A stretch of DNA of 63,977 nt from Guillardia theta CCMP2712 (Eukaryota; Protista; Cryptophyta): NCBI RefSeq assembly GCF_000315625.1, contig NW_005434613.1:342441-406417 (forward strand), in the 5' to 3' direction. The translations under genes and the position numbers were made by a program. Positions within the stretch are counted from its first letter, which is position 1, and each line of letters opens with the position of its first letter. The notes under the pieces are model-generated. The model did not search any database. It was not told the DNA's origin and was given only the letters and a program-made list of their open reading frames with translations. Shown piece after piece: positions 1 through 13,322 of the stretch.

Positions 1-97
1 GGGAGTAGTCAGTGAAGAGGGATTGAGGATGGGAAGAGACAGAGGAGAGGGAGGTACATGTTCTTGATCAACATCTTTGTGAATGTTTCTCCTCAAG

Positions 98-1041
98 GTT
101 TGCAAAGACTCACCGATCGTTGGAGAAGTGAGAGGTTGTGGGTTGATAGCTGCCATCGAGCTTGTCAAGGTAAGCTTTCTCCCTGCTGCTTATTTCTCTA
201 GCCCCCCCCCCCTCCCCCCCCTCCCCACGACCTGCTCCCTGATCCCTGCTCCCTGCTCCCTGCTCCCTGCTCCCTGCTCCCTGCTCCCTGCTGCATCCCT
301 GCTGCATCCCTGCTGCATCCTGCTCCCTCCCTGCTGCTGGCCGTTGCTTCCTCCTGGGCTTCCTTGACTTCCTTGTTTCTTGTACTTCTCCTTCCCTTGT
401 CGGATCTGCTCCACCCTCTCTGCGCTCATCTTTTTGATTGCTTTCACTCTCACCCTCCGCTCGTCCTCCCTCCTCTTCTCCTCCGCCTCTTTGACTTTCT
501 TTCCCTCCAGGATCGAAGAACTAAAGCTCCTTTTGACGCGTCGAATGGCGTTGGAGCGTTTTTCTGTGAGAGTGCGAGGTACGAGATGAGAAGGAGGAGG
601 AGGAGGAGGAGGAGGAGGAGGAGGTCGATACTGAATCCTATCAGGCGGCATGGAGTGATTGTCCGGGCCATTGGAGACGTTTTGGCATGCTCGCCTCCTC
701 TGATCATAACGAAACAAGAAGTAGGTTACATGTTTGATTGTTGCTGCTGCTAAAGAAAGAAGAAAAAAAGATGATGATGATGATGGTGATGATGGTGATG
801 ATGGTAATGGTGATGGTGATGATGATGATGATGATGAGGAGGAGGACGATAATGATAATGGAGATTGAGATGGTGATAGAAACAAGATTAACACACGATG
901 TTGCAGATCGAGAAGGTATTGGGAGGTTATCAACAGGCTTTGAAAGATACAGAGAGGATGGTCATCGATCGGGGTATCTTGAAACAAGAAGATTTGATGG
1001 GATCTTCTACCAAGCTGTTCGATTCATCTTTGCAAGTCTGA
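98..1041 (+). CDS. 3' part of a class-III PLP-dependent aminotransferase (GABA transaminase/omega-aminotransferase-like); 5' end lies outside the window
   Basis: GT-AG exons ~98-169, 511-578, ~645-720 and 907-1041 splice to ..SPIVGEVRGCGLIAAIELVK/DRRTKAPFDASNGVGAFFCESARRHGVIVRAIGDVLACSPPLIITKQE/IEKVLGGYQQALKDTE..*. This matches the GEVRGxGL...G(V/M)xVRxxGD...SPPLII C-terminal signature of the family. Confidence 0.85.
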
Positions 1042-1183
1042 AGACAATCAGCACAAACATCTCGAGATGCTGTTGTGTCATTGAGAGTGGCCAAGATTCC
1101 AGCGAGAACAGTGAGAGGCGAATGTGTTGCACAAAATCGCATCGAGAGCAACAAGAGCATGAGAACTTTGAGTTTGAAAAAAA

Positions 1184-3058
1184 TTATTTCTTCTTCATCT
1201 TCATCCTCCTCCCCTTGGGACTCATCTTACTTGACTTGTGCTCGCTTGCCCGCACCGCATGCCTCAGACCGAGGACCTGAAAGACAACAAGGGGAGCAGA
1301 AGGTGAGAAGGAGGAGGAAGACAGAGAACAAGAATCATTACCCTCTCTCTCTTGACTTGGCGGACTTGCTCCCGCCTCTGTGTCTTCCAGCTTTCAAGGA
1401 TCTTTTGGAAAATATCATGAGAATGTTTCAAGCTCTCCCCCTCCTCCCTCCTCACCGAACTCTCAGATTCTGCCTGCCTGAAAAATTTGGAGCCTCCGGA
1501 CTGAGTGGAAGCAAAAGACAAGGATGATGGCAATGGTTTGTTCTGATCTTTCTTGCCGCCTGTTGGACTTTTGTGTTTCTCCTTCTCTTTCACTTTCTCT
1601 TTCTCTTTCGACTTCTTCGCCATCTCATTGAAATTGAACGAAAAAGATTCTGTTGACAAATTCTTCTCTTCCGAACTTGTTTGTCCGAATAGAGAAAATC
1701 CTGACGCATCGCCTCCTGCCATGAAAAACTTTCAGGTGTTCATGAAGAGATGTTATGGTCCATCATCGACCTTTTGTCAAGATCCCTCCCCACGCCTGCA
1801 AAATTGAGTTAGGAGGAGATATGTCCAAAATGAAATGACAGTGTCATCATGAATTTATAGATCATCTTGAAAATTATCATCAACACTACCGTCTCCATCT
1901 ATCATCATCATCATCATCTCAATCATCATCATCATCTCAATCATCATCATCATCATCTCTACGATCATCTCCATCATCCTCTTCATGATCAAGTTGCACG
2001 TACCCTCAATCCGAGCATATCTCCATTCACTTGCCATTGACTGTTCTTGTTCTGATCTTCAAACCTCTCCTTCAGATCAAAGCAAAAGAAAAGAAATTCA
2101 AATAATACCTGTTTTCTCCTGCTCTTCGCTTGTCTTTCCGCCATTTTCCTGCATATCAGTGTGAGAAAGTGATAAAGTACATCTTCGATTCTTACAACAT
2201 CGTTTGCTCCATCACCTACCATTCGTCACAAAAGTGTAACATTGCAGAGTCAAGATTTACCTTCACTGCTTTTCCTCTTACCCTTCTCTTTTGTTTTCTT
2301 CTCTTCAACCCCCTTCTTTTCTTTCTTCTTCTTCTTCTTCCCTTTTCCCTGTTCATTGTCAGTCTTCAGCCTTGGCAAAACTTAGCAGTCTCTACCTCAT
2401 CTTCTTCGCTGATTGCAGAAAGTTTTCTCTTTGACGTAGCAGGATCTGATGTTGCCTGATAGTTTCCCTCCTTCGAAACATCCATAACAACACTGCAATC
2501 GAAAGTTTCTCTACTTCTCACCTCGTTATTGTTTGTGTTTGTTACATGTGCTTGGAGTATTTCATCTCCATTCACATCTCCTTCAACATCCTCGTCAGTT
2601 CCACCCCCGTCTCTATAACAATCACCAGAGAAGAAGTCGGCAGCGGAGCACGCATGCTTGCATGGACTAGGTGTTGCATGCAAGGGGCTCGTTTGCTTGT
2701 CGTTGCTGTGATGCTTCAAGAAGTTTGACATCTTTGACCTGATCTCATGCCGAGATGCAGTTGAAGGTGTTGTTTGAACAATCATCTTCTGTCGGTCGTC
2801 GTCGTCGCTGTCGTCTCCTCTTGTATCCTCCTCTGAACTGAGGTCAGAACTTGACGATGGTGCTGACTGTACAGTCTGAATCTTTTCTGGTCTGTTTGCA
2901 ACTTTTCTCTCTTGGCTCGCGACGACTTGGCCTGTACAAAGAAAAGATGATGAATCAGAGATGTTGAGAGAGCAAACTATAATGATGTGACGTTTTTGGA
3001 TGACATCTACGACATTGTCGTGGATATTTATGTTGTTGTTGATTATGATTAATGTTAT

Positions 3059-3150
<92 letters not shown>

Positions 3151-4511
3151 GTTGTTGTTGAAGATTGAGATCATGACGGAGAGGACGCAGATGAATAGGA
3201 ATAGAAATACAGACCGGACAAAGAAGAAACGAGAAGAAGAAGGGAGGAGAAGAGAAAATGATATCGAGATCATGATAAGAATGACAACGATGGTGATAAC
3301 GTTCAACTTTCACCTTTGTTCTCATTCACTGCTTCAATCTTCTTGGGTGTTGTCATCAAGACCGATCCAAGGATTGAAAATCCCTTCTTGACATTCTCCC
3401 CACAGATATTTTTCAACTGCTCCGCTTTCGATCTCACCTGCAAAGAACAGCAACAAACAAGGAGGAAAATTCACTGGAAGAGCAACTCATAGAGATCGCA
3501 ACCTACCTCAACATCGTTCTTGACCACGGGAACTTTCTTCTCCTCCTCGTTTTGAACCTTGGACTTCAAAATCCCTCTGGGAGGCTCCTCTTTTGCATTT
3601 TGCAACGTATCCGTCTCACCATCCTCGAACTGTTCCGCAATCTTCACTTCTTTCTTCTCCTTCTCCTTCTCCTTCTCCTTCTCCTTCTTCCCTCCTCTTC
3701 CTCCATTTCCTGTTGTTTCCTCCCTTGCTCCCTCCGCAGCCTTGAAAGCACCTCCCGCCTCTTTCTCCTCTTCATCCTCCTGATGTTGAAAAGTTTCTCT
3801 TTGCTGGCTCTTGGCGTTCTCTTGCAATTTCTTCTTTCGCTTCCCTGCCATGTCGGACGGGCGAATGCCTTGCTCCTCCCACCTCGCAAGTCGCTCGATC
3901 TCATCATTGTACTCCGGCTGAGGCAAGGGAGCGAGGAGAACGAAGGCAGTGAATCAGAGGGAGGGAGAGGCGAGGAGAGGAGAGGAGAGGAGAGGAGAGG
4001 AGAGGAGAGGAGAGGAGAGGAGAGGAGAGGAGAGGAGAGGAGAGGAGGAAGAGTGAGGGAGTGAGGGATAGGGAGAAGGGAGGGACAGAGAGAGGGAGGG
4101 AGGGAAAAGAGAGTAGAAAGTCAGGGAGGAGAGAGAGGGAAGGGAGTGAGGGAGAGGAAGTGGGGCAGAAGCGAGGGAGGGAGCAAGGGAGAAACAGGAC
4201 ACCATGTCAGCAGAGCATGCCGTCTACAACGAAATTCTCTCACCTCTTCCGCCCATTCTCTCAGTGTTCGTTGCCTCGTACTTCCATCCTTGCAAACCTT
4301 GTCCAACACTGACAGGGCAAGACTTTGCTCCTTCTTTGCTTCTTCCCTTGTCTTCTCATCCAGATGCTTTGGAGGTTGCTCATACGCCTCGAAACCCTGA
4401 CATGATGGAGGCTCCACGATCTCAAGCTGCCAGGAAACCGAATTCACATCATTCCAGGACATGAGGCGAGCAATTAGATCAGGTACAAGATGGGAAGAGA
4501 AGACACTAAGG

Positions 4512-4542
<31 letters not shown>

Positions 4543-6218
4543 GAGAGGGAGAGGGAGAGGGAGAGGGAGGGAGGGAGGGAGGGAGGGAGGGAGGGAGGGG
4601 GAATAGCAAAAAAACACGAGAGGTCTGGACAAATAAAAATAGATAAATGCAATCAGGCACAGCAACAACCTCGTGGTTCTTGAATTGCAAGTTTCTTTTG
4701 TTTGTATCTTTCTTCATCTTCCCTTCTGTCAGTTCTCGTCACTCGCCATGGAAATCGTCATAAGGTGTTGTCAAGCTCACTTGCGTCTTTGTCTGGAAGT
4801 GCCTTGAAGAAGTGTTCTTTACTTGTCCCTGCAGGGACCTCGTCCTTGTCGTCCTCACTCGGAATGCTCTCCTTCTTCGATGGTTCATCATGTGTTTTCT
4901 CATCCTTCACAGCTCTCTTCTTATCCTTCTTCTCAACAGATGACAATGGCTTTTCAATATGCTTTGGTTCTTTCTTCACCACAACCTTCTCCTTCTCCTC
5001 AGGTTTGGTTTTCTGCTACACATGTCAATGGGGCAAGAGACTGACAAACACAAATGTCACTTTGTCTGCAACAATCATCGCCCTCAACTTCTTTGACAGA
5101 ACAGCCGCCTTCTTCTCTCTCGCTGCAAAAACAACCTTCACTCGGACTGACATATCCTCCATCACATCTCGACATTACCTTTGTCCCTTTGCTCTTTCTT
5201 CTCGAACTCAATCTTCCATTCTTGTTCTGTTCAAACATCACATCGCACCAATGACTCCCTCCTGCATGCATCACCGAGTTTCTCGATGTAAGAAACCTTT
5301 GCTTTCTCAACTCGCACATAGCTCCCACTCCATTTCGTTCCCGTGTACAACTCTAGAACAACGTGAATGGTGTTTGTAAGGCAATGAGGAATAGATCAAG
5401 TCAAGATGTGTAAAAAGGTGGATCAGGTTGCAAGATATTACAGTCAAGGAGCAGACCAAATATTCAGAGAGAGAAGAAAAGGGACAACAATCCAACATGA
5501 GACACACCAAACATGTCAGAGGGTACGAGTGAGATGAAACACAATGAGGGATAGAGTGAGTGGTGAGAAACGAGGAGGACGGAGGTAAAAGTTGAAATCT
5601 GACGGGGAGTGGAGGAACAAGAAAATTATTCTCACCTTTGAAACGTTGAATCTCTGCAGGAGGACCGAACACACTTGCATACGCAAATCTCTAGAGACCA
5701 AAATTTTTCAGATGACAGGGAGGAGGGAGGAGGGAGGAGGGAGGAGGGAGGAGGGAGGAGGGAGGAGGGAGGATGGGACGGGACAGGATGGAAGGAGGAG
5801 GAAGCTGAAACATTGACAAGGGGAAGAGGAAGGAGCTGATGGGATAGAGAGGAGGGTAGCGAGGAGAGAGTTGGTGGGAAGAAGAAGGGGGGGTAGCTGT
5901 TCATGCTCACTTTGGAATTCGATGTTTCGTCTCCGGCGTCCACCCTTGAGACGTAAATGTCTCTGACCTGCGAGCAAGTCAACATCATCCTAGACTGTTA
6001 CAAGGTCCTTCATCCTTGCTCTCTCACCTCTAGGAGAGGGAAGGCGGAGAACCGGTCTGTGATCTGCCTCGTGTTGACATTCAACGGAACTCCTCCAATG
6101 AAGAGCCTCTCCAACACGCTCGCCTCCGCATCCCCGTCTGAGGAACAACTGAGTACCTGGACATGGCAGGGTTGTTTGGAAGACCTGTATGGGACGAGTC
6201 CGCAACCTTTCCCGGCAT
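1184..6218 (-). CDS. NOL8-like nucleolar protein: N-terminal RRM followed by a long charged low-complexity region (multi-exon; start and internal exons approximate)
   Basis: The spliced N-terminus reads MPGKVADSSHTDGDAEASVLERLFIGGVPLNVNTRQITDRFSAF (RNP2) ... RFAYASVFGPPAEIQRFKELYTGTKWSGSYVRVEKAKVSYIEKL, resembling the NOL8-type RRM (FAY...TKWxG..xxxAKxS). The C-terminus is basic (ESWKTQRREQVRQVKRERVLGLRHAVR...MKMKKK*). Confidence 0.65.
3059..3149 (+). repeat. (GAT)~30 microsatellite in a putative NOL8-like intron; similar SSRs at ~770-838, 3972-4046, 4515-4600 and 60531-60600
   Basis: Directly visible; these give the poly-S, poly-H and poly-M pseudo-ORFs. Confidence 0.95.
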
Positions 6219-7467
6219 CTCACGACTGTTGAGCGTCACTGCAAACACTTTCATTTCGAGCATGAGATAGACATGCGGTAGAGCCACATGTACTCTTTCA
6301 TCTTCCCATCGCTCTCATCAACCGTATTGTTCATTGTTACTTTGTGTTTGCATACAGCGTCATCGTTGCTCCTGTTATGCTGTTGTACCCGGTCTTACAA
6401 CACAGCATTATCCTATCGCTGCCTTGAATGTTTCCAGCAAGTCTTTCTCCGCTTTTCTTCAACCTTCTGCTACAGCTCCTCTCTTCGATCACGGTCTCAT
6501 CTGTGCTTGTACTTGTCTGTGTACTTTCCTCGTCTCGCCTTCTCCTCCTCCTCCCTCCCCTTCGATCTCCTCCCCCATCTTCACGTGCGCTAAACCATGG
6601 CGAAGATTCGTCGACAATTCAGGGGTAGGGTGCGGATATCTGGTTGGTGGGGTACTGGAAGTACCCCCATATTTCACTACAAATATACCGGTAATGGATA
6701 GGGTTTTGTTTGTATTGACGGTGTTTTTTTGGGACTTTGGGGTGGGGTAGTGATCGCCCGACAAGCCCTTGACGAACAGAGCAAGCAGAGAGAGAGAGAG
6801 AGGGTGAGGGAGAAGAAAATCAGAGGACATAAGACATGTCAATGTTTGCGGTTGCGCAGTAAGCTGTCAAGCCATCATTGGGTGCAACTTGACTGCAAAA
6901 GATGACATTTTCTCTCAGTCATACACACGATGTGGTGCAGTCAGTATAGCTTAGCTCAGGTCCTGTGTGCGGTTGCAGAGTACATCAACATGATAGTTTC
7001 TCACACTGCAGTCGTTAGACATAATTGATCCCTGCACAACATGAGATGCCATTGGAATGAAATGCCACGGAACAGAGTCGTGAAGGAAATGAAGGAAACT
7101 CCACTGATGAGCAACGAGAAACTAGCTTCCTCATTCTCTCTTCCCACAGAGAATCTGCCAGGCATCATCTTTTGCTCATTTCGCTATCCTGCAATCTCAC
7201 AATTCACGATCCTTCCCATCACCATCCAGCCAGCTCAACCACACATCCACTCAGCTTCTGCAGTTAGTAAGTTTACAGTCGCTGCGATCAAATCCAGTCA
7301 ACAAGGTCAGTCTCTTTCCCAACTGTATCTTCTGGAGTTCCAACTCGTAGACACGCTTCAAGGTCGCCATCAACAAGGTCAAACATCGGTGTTTACTGGC
7401 TCATTTTCTGTAGTTTCATATGGTATAATGTTGAACACTGCACAAGAGAGAAGCATGCAGTGAAGCA

Positions 7468-8023
7468 TTACATGATGCTGGTGTCGACAGACCCATCGAA
7501 GAGATGCCATCCACCCTCAGCAGCTCCTGTCACACCAGTACCGAAGCCTCCGCCATACTTGGTGTTGATAGAGATCGGGTTCCAGTATTCTGGATCGCTG
7601 ATACCAGTGTTGTACTTATCCTCGATGACAAACCCAGAGTTACCACTGTAGGCTGTTATTGGAAGAAATATGGTTAGATTCTAGACGAACATGCAATCGA
7701 CGCTCATATCATACTCGACACAGCAAGGCGCGACAAACGTTATTACACATGTACCATTTTGACATCATAGTGCAACAATTCTAACCTCAACATGGATATG
7801 TTAGGCAACGATGCTACATGAACTGATCATTCAATCAATCCATCATCAGTATCAATCTTCAATGCCAAGAAGCATGCCTCTGTCCCGTTCACAACCCGCG
7901 CCGCTGGGGTGATATACACTTACATATCTCTCTCATACAGCAACAACAAGCTTGCAGCAGAGCAAGACAGTGACGCGGGAGCGAGAGAGAGAGAAGATAA
8001 AACTTACTGAGATCTCCTGTCAT
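7468..8023 (-). CDS. cryptic ~66-aa Gly/Asp/aromatic-rich microprotein, putative two exons (8023-8008, 7652-7468)
   Basis: ATGACAGGAGATCTCA|GTAAG donor and AACAG| acceptor join in frame to MTGDLTYSGNSGFVIEDKYNTGISDPEYWNPISINTKYGGGFGTGVTGAAEGGWHLFDGSVDTSIM*. Exon 2 looks protein-like. Absent from the ORF track. Confidence 0.55.
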
Positions 8024-8099
8024 GACCATCCCGTCATTGCGCGTGAAGGACGAGGCGAGCGATCTGATTGGAAGCAGCAGCATTATTAGGCGCTACTTT

Positions 8100-8530
8100 G
8101 GCACTACTACCCTTGCGGTTCCCGGAATTTACCACCCCACCGTCCGTCATCACCACATATGACTACCCTACCCTTTCGTGAAAAATCTTTGGATTTCCTA
8201 CTACCCCTACAATCTTCACCTGTCTGCAGGTCTTATCAGGACCCTACCAGTCTTGAATGACCACCGGTCTAGGACTTTTTCCCAACTCACGCTTTGTGGG
8301 GTAGTGATGCTAGTCATCTTTTCCTATATCTCCTTTCAACAGTTTTCTCGTCCCCATCTTACTCCACTTGCCAACCCGCACAGCAAACGACCACCCACTA
8401 CCCCTACCTCCTAACCTCCTGCTTTACATACCCCTACCCAATGACCAGGAATACCCTACCATACCCAACTGCTCCAACACCACCCCATACCCCTACCCCC
8501 TAGTCTATCCACCCCCGTGGTGTGGACTAC
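8100..8530 (+). promoter_or_regulatory. TACCC(C)-rich upstream tract, candidate promoter region of the ASCH gene (representative of several such tracts)
   Basis: Dense CTACCC/TACCCC words in non-coding DNA 5' of the gene; equivalent tracts precede most other genes in sense orientation. Confidence 0.45.
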
Positions 8531-8701
8531 CTCCGTCCTCGAAGAGTCAAGTAGCCTCATCCCCTCACTGACCAGGCGACTCTTCCGGACTGCCGGGCCG
8601 CTGTAGCTGGATCCGGGCCGTGAGTTCGAGTGCCATATCCTCAAGGATACATCTGATACTTGAGTCATCGTCTTTGGGAACTTCAGGATCCCTGGCGCTC
8701 C

Positions 8702-10096
8702 ATGGCAGCACCCGGCGGGCAATGCGTGCGGCTGCCATGCATGTCGATGAGAGAGCCGTTCTGCTCACTGGTGATGATGATGGAAATGATGGAGATAAAG
8801 GAGATGAAGATGGAGATGATGGAGATGATGATGATTATGGTGGCGGAGATGATGGAGATGATGGAGATGATGGAGAAAAAACGAGGAACGTGTTGTCGAC
8901 CACGAAGATGATGACGATAATGATGGTGGAGACGATGGAAACGAAGACGATGAAAGAAAATAGAAAAGGTTTAATCATGATGTTTATGATGAAGATGCAC
9001 ATTAGGTTCTGAATGGATGGAAGAAGCTCGAGACTAGGAAATGGCCGATGCTGGATGAAGTTTGTGGGTCGGTAGGCTTGAAATTCAATAACTGCGTCTC
9101 TGACAATATTTTCCCTCTCCCTTCTCCCCTTCTCTCCTCTCCTTCCTTCCCCACTCCTCTCGTTCCCATCCTTAGCATCAGCTGAAGCAACCTCAGGCCC
9201 TTGCCGTGCATCGTGCGTACCGAGATTGGGAGAGTTACACTGAGGTCTACGGCACGACCAAGTCTGTGCACATGACTTGGTAGTTGTAGGCAATGGATTT
9301 TGTGCAAGAGGAGCTGGGAAACCAAACAGACGCTGCCACGAGGGCACCGCACGGCATGCCGAGAGGAGCAGTGAGCATCTCGCCGTCACTCGATGCCAAA
9401 GTGTGTCGTATGATGGTCGTTTAAGGTGGTTGGCATCTTGCTGCGTGTTGGGCCGACTTGGAATGTTGTAATGGGGCAGGAGACGCGAGAAGAGCGTGCG
9501 GAAGGTGATTATTCTTCTGACTTCACGACTGAATTGATGGTGAAATGTATTTGAAGAATTTGAAAATCCAGGAGAGAGTCGTAAGAAAGAAGATGAAAGG
9601 AAGGATTGGTGGCATGAAATCATGTCTCCGGAAAATCTCGTACACTCGGAAACAGACTGCTATGTCGTACCAGCATCAACATCGATATCGACATCAACAT
9701 CTACGTCGTTGGTCACGGATGGCTCAATCCATGGGATCAAGACGTCACTGAGAAACATTCAACGACAGGCCCTGTATATCTCTGTCTCCTTTGCTGTCTC
9801 ATTGTCTCCTAACACTGTCTCGATGTCTTAAGTCTGCAAGATATCCAAGGTCGCTGCGTGACGCCTGTGGAACATCCGGTGACGCATCTTTCACAAGGAA
9901 ACCTCTGATTTTGTGCTTGTTCGTGTGATAGGTTTGGCTCAAGGAAGGAGTGAGAATGAGAGGAAGTGCTGGAGTTTTCTTCGTGGACATACCGCATAGT
10001 TGCATACCGGAAGAAGCGCTACAGGTGATACTGGACATGCAAGACACGACGAGGGCTAAGAAGAAGCAGAAAAGGGAAGAAAGCGAAGAAATATGA
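8702..10096 (+). CDS. EOLA1/CXorf40-like ASCH-domain RNA-binding protein (about 8 exons)
   Basis: Spliced product contains CMSMREPFCSL/VLNGWKKLETRKWPML..ALAVHRAYRDWE..RGAVVGILLRVGPT..IQRQALLQDIQGRCVTPVEHP/VWLKEGVRMRGSAGVFFVDIP. This is collinear with the recalled EOLA1 pattern [56 protein letters not shown] and includes the ASCH GxKxxExR motif. Confidence 0.85.
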
Positions 10097-10376
10097 TTCA
10101 TTTATATGTTACTCGAAGAGTCACTTGAAAGATTTTGTTAGGAAAGTGTACAAGTGCCTGCAACGACACACTACAAGTATCAGCCGCTCTAGGGATCCCT
10201 CGCACTCTCACATGAAGTATTCGAACGAGTGGACAAGGATAAAGACAAGTGACCGCTGCTCATCGGATGAGACAAGACATCAGCCCGATCAAGATAACGC
10301 CAGTGCCGTCCATGTAGAGAATGTCGCCAGTTCCACAGACGGACGAGAGAAGCAAGCTTTGTCAGCTTGACACATC

Positions 10377-12328
10377 TCAATCATCGCTCTTCTTCTTCTT
10401 CTTCTTCTTCTCCTTCTTGGTGTCCTCCTCCTCTTCCTGCAATTGATCCGTCAACAACGTCTCCTCTTTGTCATCAGGGTTTCACCTCTTCGGCCTCACG
10501 ATCCTTTCTTTTCTTTTTCTTGTCGCTCTTGACCTTCTTCTGCTTGACCAGTCATTGCACAGTCATACACGCATACTTATGATACGGTACCTCTTTCTCC
10601 TCCTCCTCTTCCTCATCGTCATCGTCCTTCTTGCTCTTCTTCTTCTTCTTGCTCTGCTCCAAACATTAGCGCTAGTAAAAATATCACAAGCTCTCTCACC
10701 TTCTTGTCCTCCTCCTCATCTTCCTCCATAGCCTCGGCCTTCTTCTATTGCAGAGATCAGCATAACACAGGGCGACAAGCTCTCAGTACCTTCTCCTTGT
10801 CCTTCTTCTTCTTCTTCTCAGACTTTGGTGCTTCGCCAGCGAGCTGTTCGCCATCGATGAGGTCCAAAACTCCACAGCAACGAAGTTTACCTTCATGGCA
10901 TCCCTCATGACGTCCAGATTCTTTCTCGGGGCGACTCCTGGAGCAAGAGAGGATCAGCAAGGGAGGCAGCCTACTGAGACTCTGCGTACCAGTGTCGTAG
11001 AACGCAAGACGCTCCTCCACCTGCTCCTTCAGCTTCTCTCCGAAGATCGTGCTGCACAACAGTTGGTCACTCCTCCTTCCCACCTCTCTCCTCTCTCTTC
11101 CCCAGCTTCCTTCCCATCAGCTCTGACAAGAAGTTCAGACTCACTTGGGGGTCTCTGAGAAGCAATCGATGCGCGAGGCAATACTGCACTTGTTGGCCAG
11201 GTACCGGGAGATCCTGCCCTTGTTCTTCTGGGAGGCTCTTCCGATGAAGGAGGAGTGAAAGATCAACCCATACTTGGGAGTGTTTCCTTTCGTCTTCAAG
11301 GCTCTGAACAGAGCCTTTTCTGCTCCAAGGATCTGAACAGTAGACGCCGGGTACTTGGCCAGGTTGGTAAGGCTGCCAGCATGGGAGATGAGTCGTGCAC
11401 CCACAATCTCACCAACGAGAGAGGACAAGTTCGGAGCCACGGAGTGCATTCGCTGGTTGAGGTACTCGCGGAGGCGCTGACGGTACTCTTCGAGGTTGAT
11501 CACGCGATCGGCAAAGGTCTGGATATTGAGCATGTCGATGTCCGAGATGTCGTAGCCCATCGAAGTCTTGGAGGCCTCGACGATCTGCTTGGCAAGGCCT
11601 TCATCGTCGTCCAGGATCTCCTGGAGGGCATCCAGGCTCTCATCGGAGAGCGAGGTTCGAACCTTGATGGCCTTGCACAGGCGAGCGTACTTGTAGTTGT
11701 CGCCCACGATCTTGACCAGCTCGGGGAAGTGCCAACCGTACCACTCCTTCACGCGCATGGCGAACGTGTTGATGTCCTTGTCGAGGGTGTCGAGCAGGCA
11801 GATGCACTGGATGATCATGTTGTCCTGACGGTTCACGTTGAACTTCACCTTGGAGCGAGAGTAGGAGTGGGCCAGACCAAGGGAAGCCCTGGTGAGGTCG
11901 TTCTCCTCCAGCTTCTTGACATACTTGGCAAAGTGCAGGCGGACTGCGCGGATGAGCTCAGGCACAGGATCCTTAGTCGTGCAGGAGATGCCGAGCTCGT
12001 CAGAAATGGCAGAGGCAAGCTTGGTGTCGAGGACTCCCAGCTGTACCTTACCTTTCTTGTCCTTCTTCCCTCCGGTGGGGAGGTTCATCTCCAAGAAGTT
12101 CTTGAGGTACTCGTTCAAGATGCCCTCAGAGAGATCGTTGGCAGCAGTGAGCGCCTCCTCTGCGCTCTTGAAGGGCATGAATGCCTTGAGCTTGATCACT
12201 TTGCTCATGCGGCTGATATCCGCCATGGCGTCCTGCATTTCTTCGAGGAACTGTCCGATTTCATCGCTTTCGGTCTGCTCGAAGAGAGCGAACCCGCTTG
12301 CACTCTCGTAGAGCACGAACAATGACAT
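10377..12328 (-). CDS. NOP56: nucleolar protein 56, box C/D snoRNP core subunit
   Basis: First exon of ~1.18 kb reads [102 protein letters not shown]. Short downstream exons encode [19 protein letters not shown] and a Lys/Glu-rich tail. Confidence 0.97.
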
Positions 12329-13130
12329 GTTCGTGTAGAGTAGATCAAGAAATCCTGTTGTAGGATGGGAGATTCAAGTCAGAAATCGCCTGGGATCCTT
12401 AGCAGAGCTTTGACTAGTTGTGAGCGGGAGGGGAGAGATGAGGGAGGAGGGGGTGGAAGAAGCAGCGAGACAGGAAGATCTCGAAGCTAGGAACTCAAGT
12501 CCACGAGGCAGGACTGGGGGCTGAAGGCGAGGAGCAGCAGGGGGGGGAGGAGCGGGAAGGGGGAGGGGGAAGCGAGCGAGAGGGAGGACGACCGGGGCAC
12601 GTGCTGGGGGTTCGATCAATTGAGGGAGGACGGTGGGGGTACGCAAGTTTATTGTGGGGTGGTAGCTAAGGGGGTGGTGGAAATGTTTGGTCAACACACC
12701 CAAGTAATGCTGAACTCCAGGAAAATTTTCAGGGAAAATGTTGCGTTGACCACTCATAATGATCATGTAGGGGTGAGTGAATAATTGTGTGGGGTTATCA
12801 AGTGAGGGGGTGGATTTGCCATTGAATAAGCGAAAAATAATAGTATAAATATTAGCTAATATCAGATCATTGGTACTAAGTCCTTCTACTGGTACTAATT
12901 GTTTGGGGTTTGAGGTGCAGGGTTACTCCTGGCTCAGCATCTATACTGTATTTTAGTTAATATTGATGTATACGGGCAATTTGGCAAATTGGTACAAAAT
13001 TCTTTAAAATTGAGTAATCACAACGGAACCCGCCTCAGGCACTGCGAGGGGGCAAGATGCTTATCAATGAACGGAGGGTGGGACAGTCGAAGTGGAGGAT
13101 GGAAGGTTCGGGGAGGGAATCAGTCTGGGA

Positions 13131-13284
13131 GGATCAGGATCAGGATCAGGATCAGGATCAGGATCAGGATCAGGATCAGGATCAGGATCAGGATCAGGAT
13201 CAGGATCAGGATCAGGATCAGGATCAGGATCAGGATCAGGATCAGGATCAGGATCAGGATCAGGATCAGGATCAGGATCAGGAT

Positions 13285-13316
<32 letters not shown>

Positions 13317-13322
13317 AGAGCA
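13131..13322 (+). repeat. (GGATCA)26 hexanucleotide microsatellite followed by (GGAGCA)n
   Basis: Directly visible perfect tandem array; it produces the spurious RI, DQ, GS, PD and IL dipeptide ORFs. Confidence 0.97.

Noticed and set aside
7104-7130. CTGATGAG...GAAAC hammerhead-like or C-box-like words
   Set aside because: No stem II closing pair or flanking helices, and no matching D box with a terminal stem.
6780-7463. 140-aa + ORF at 7041-7463 and short minus-strand frames
   Set aside because: No recognisable motif or consistent splice model.
11255-12325. 356-aa + strand ORF
   Set aside because: Antisense shadow of NOP56 caused by its codon bias; no independent motifs.
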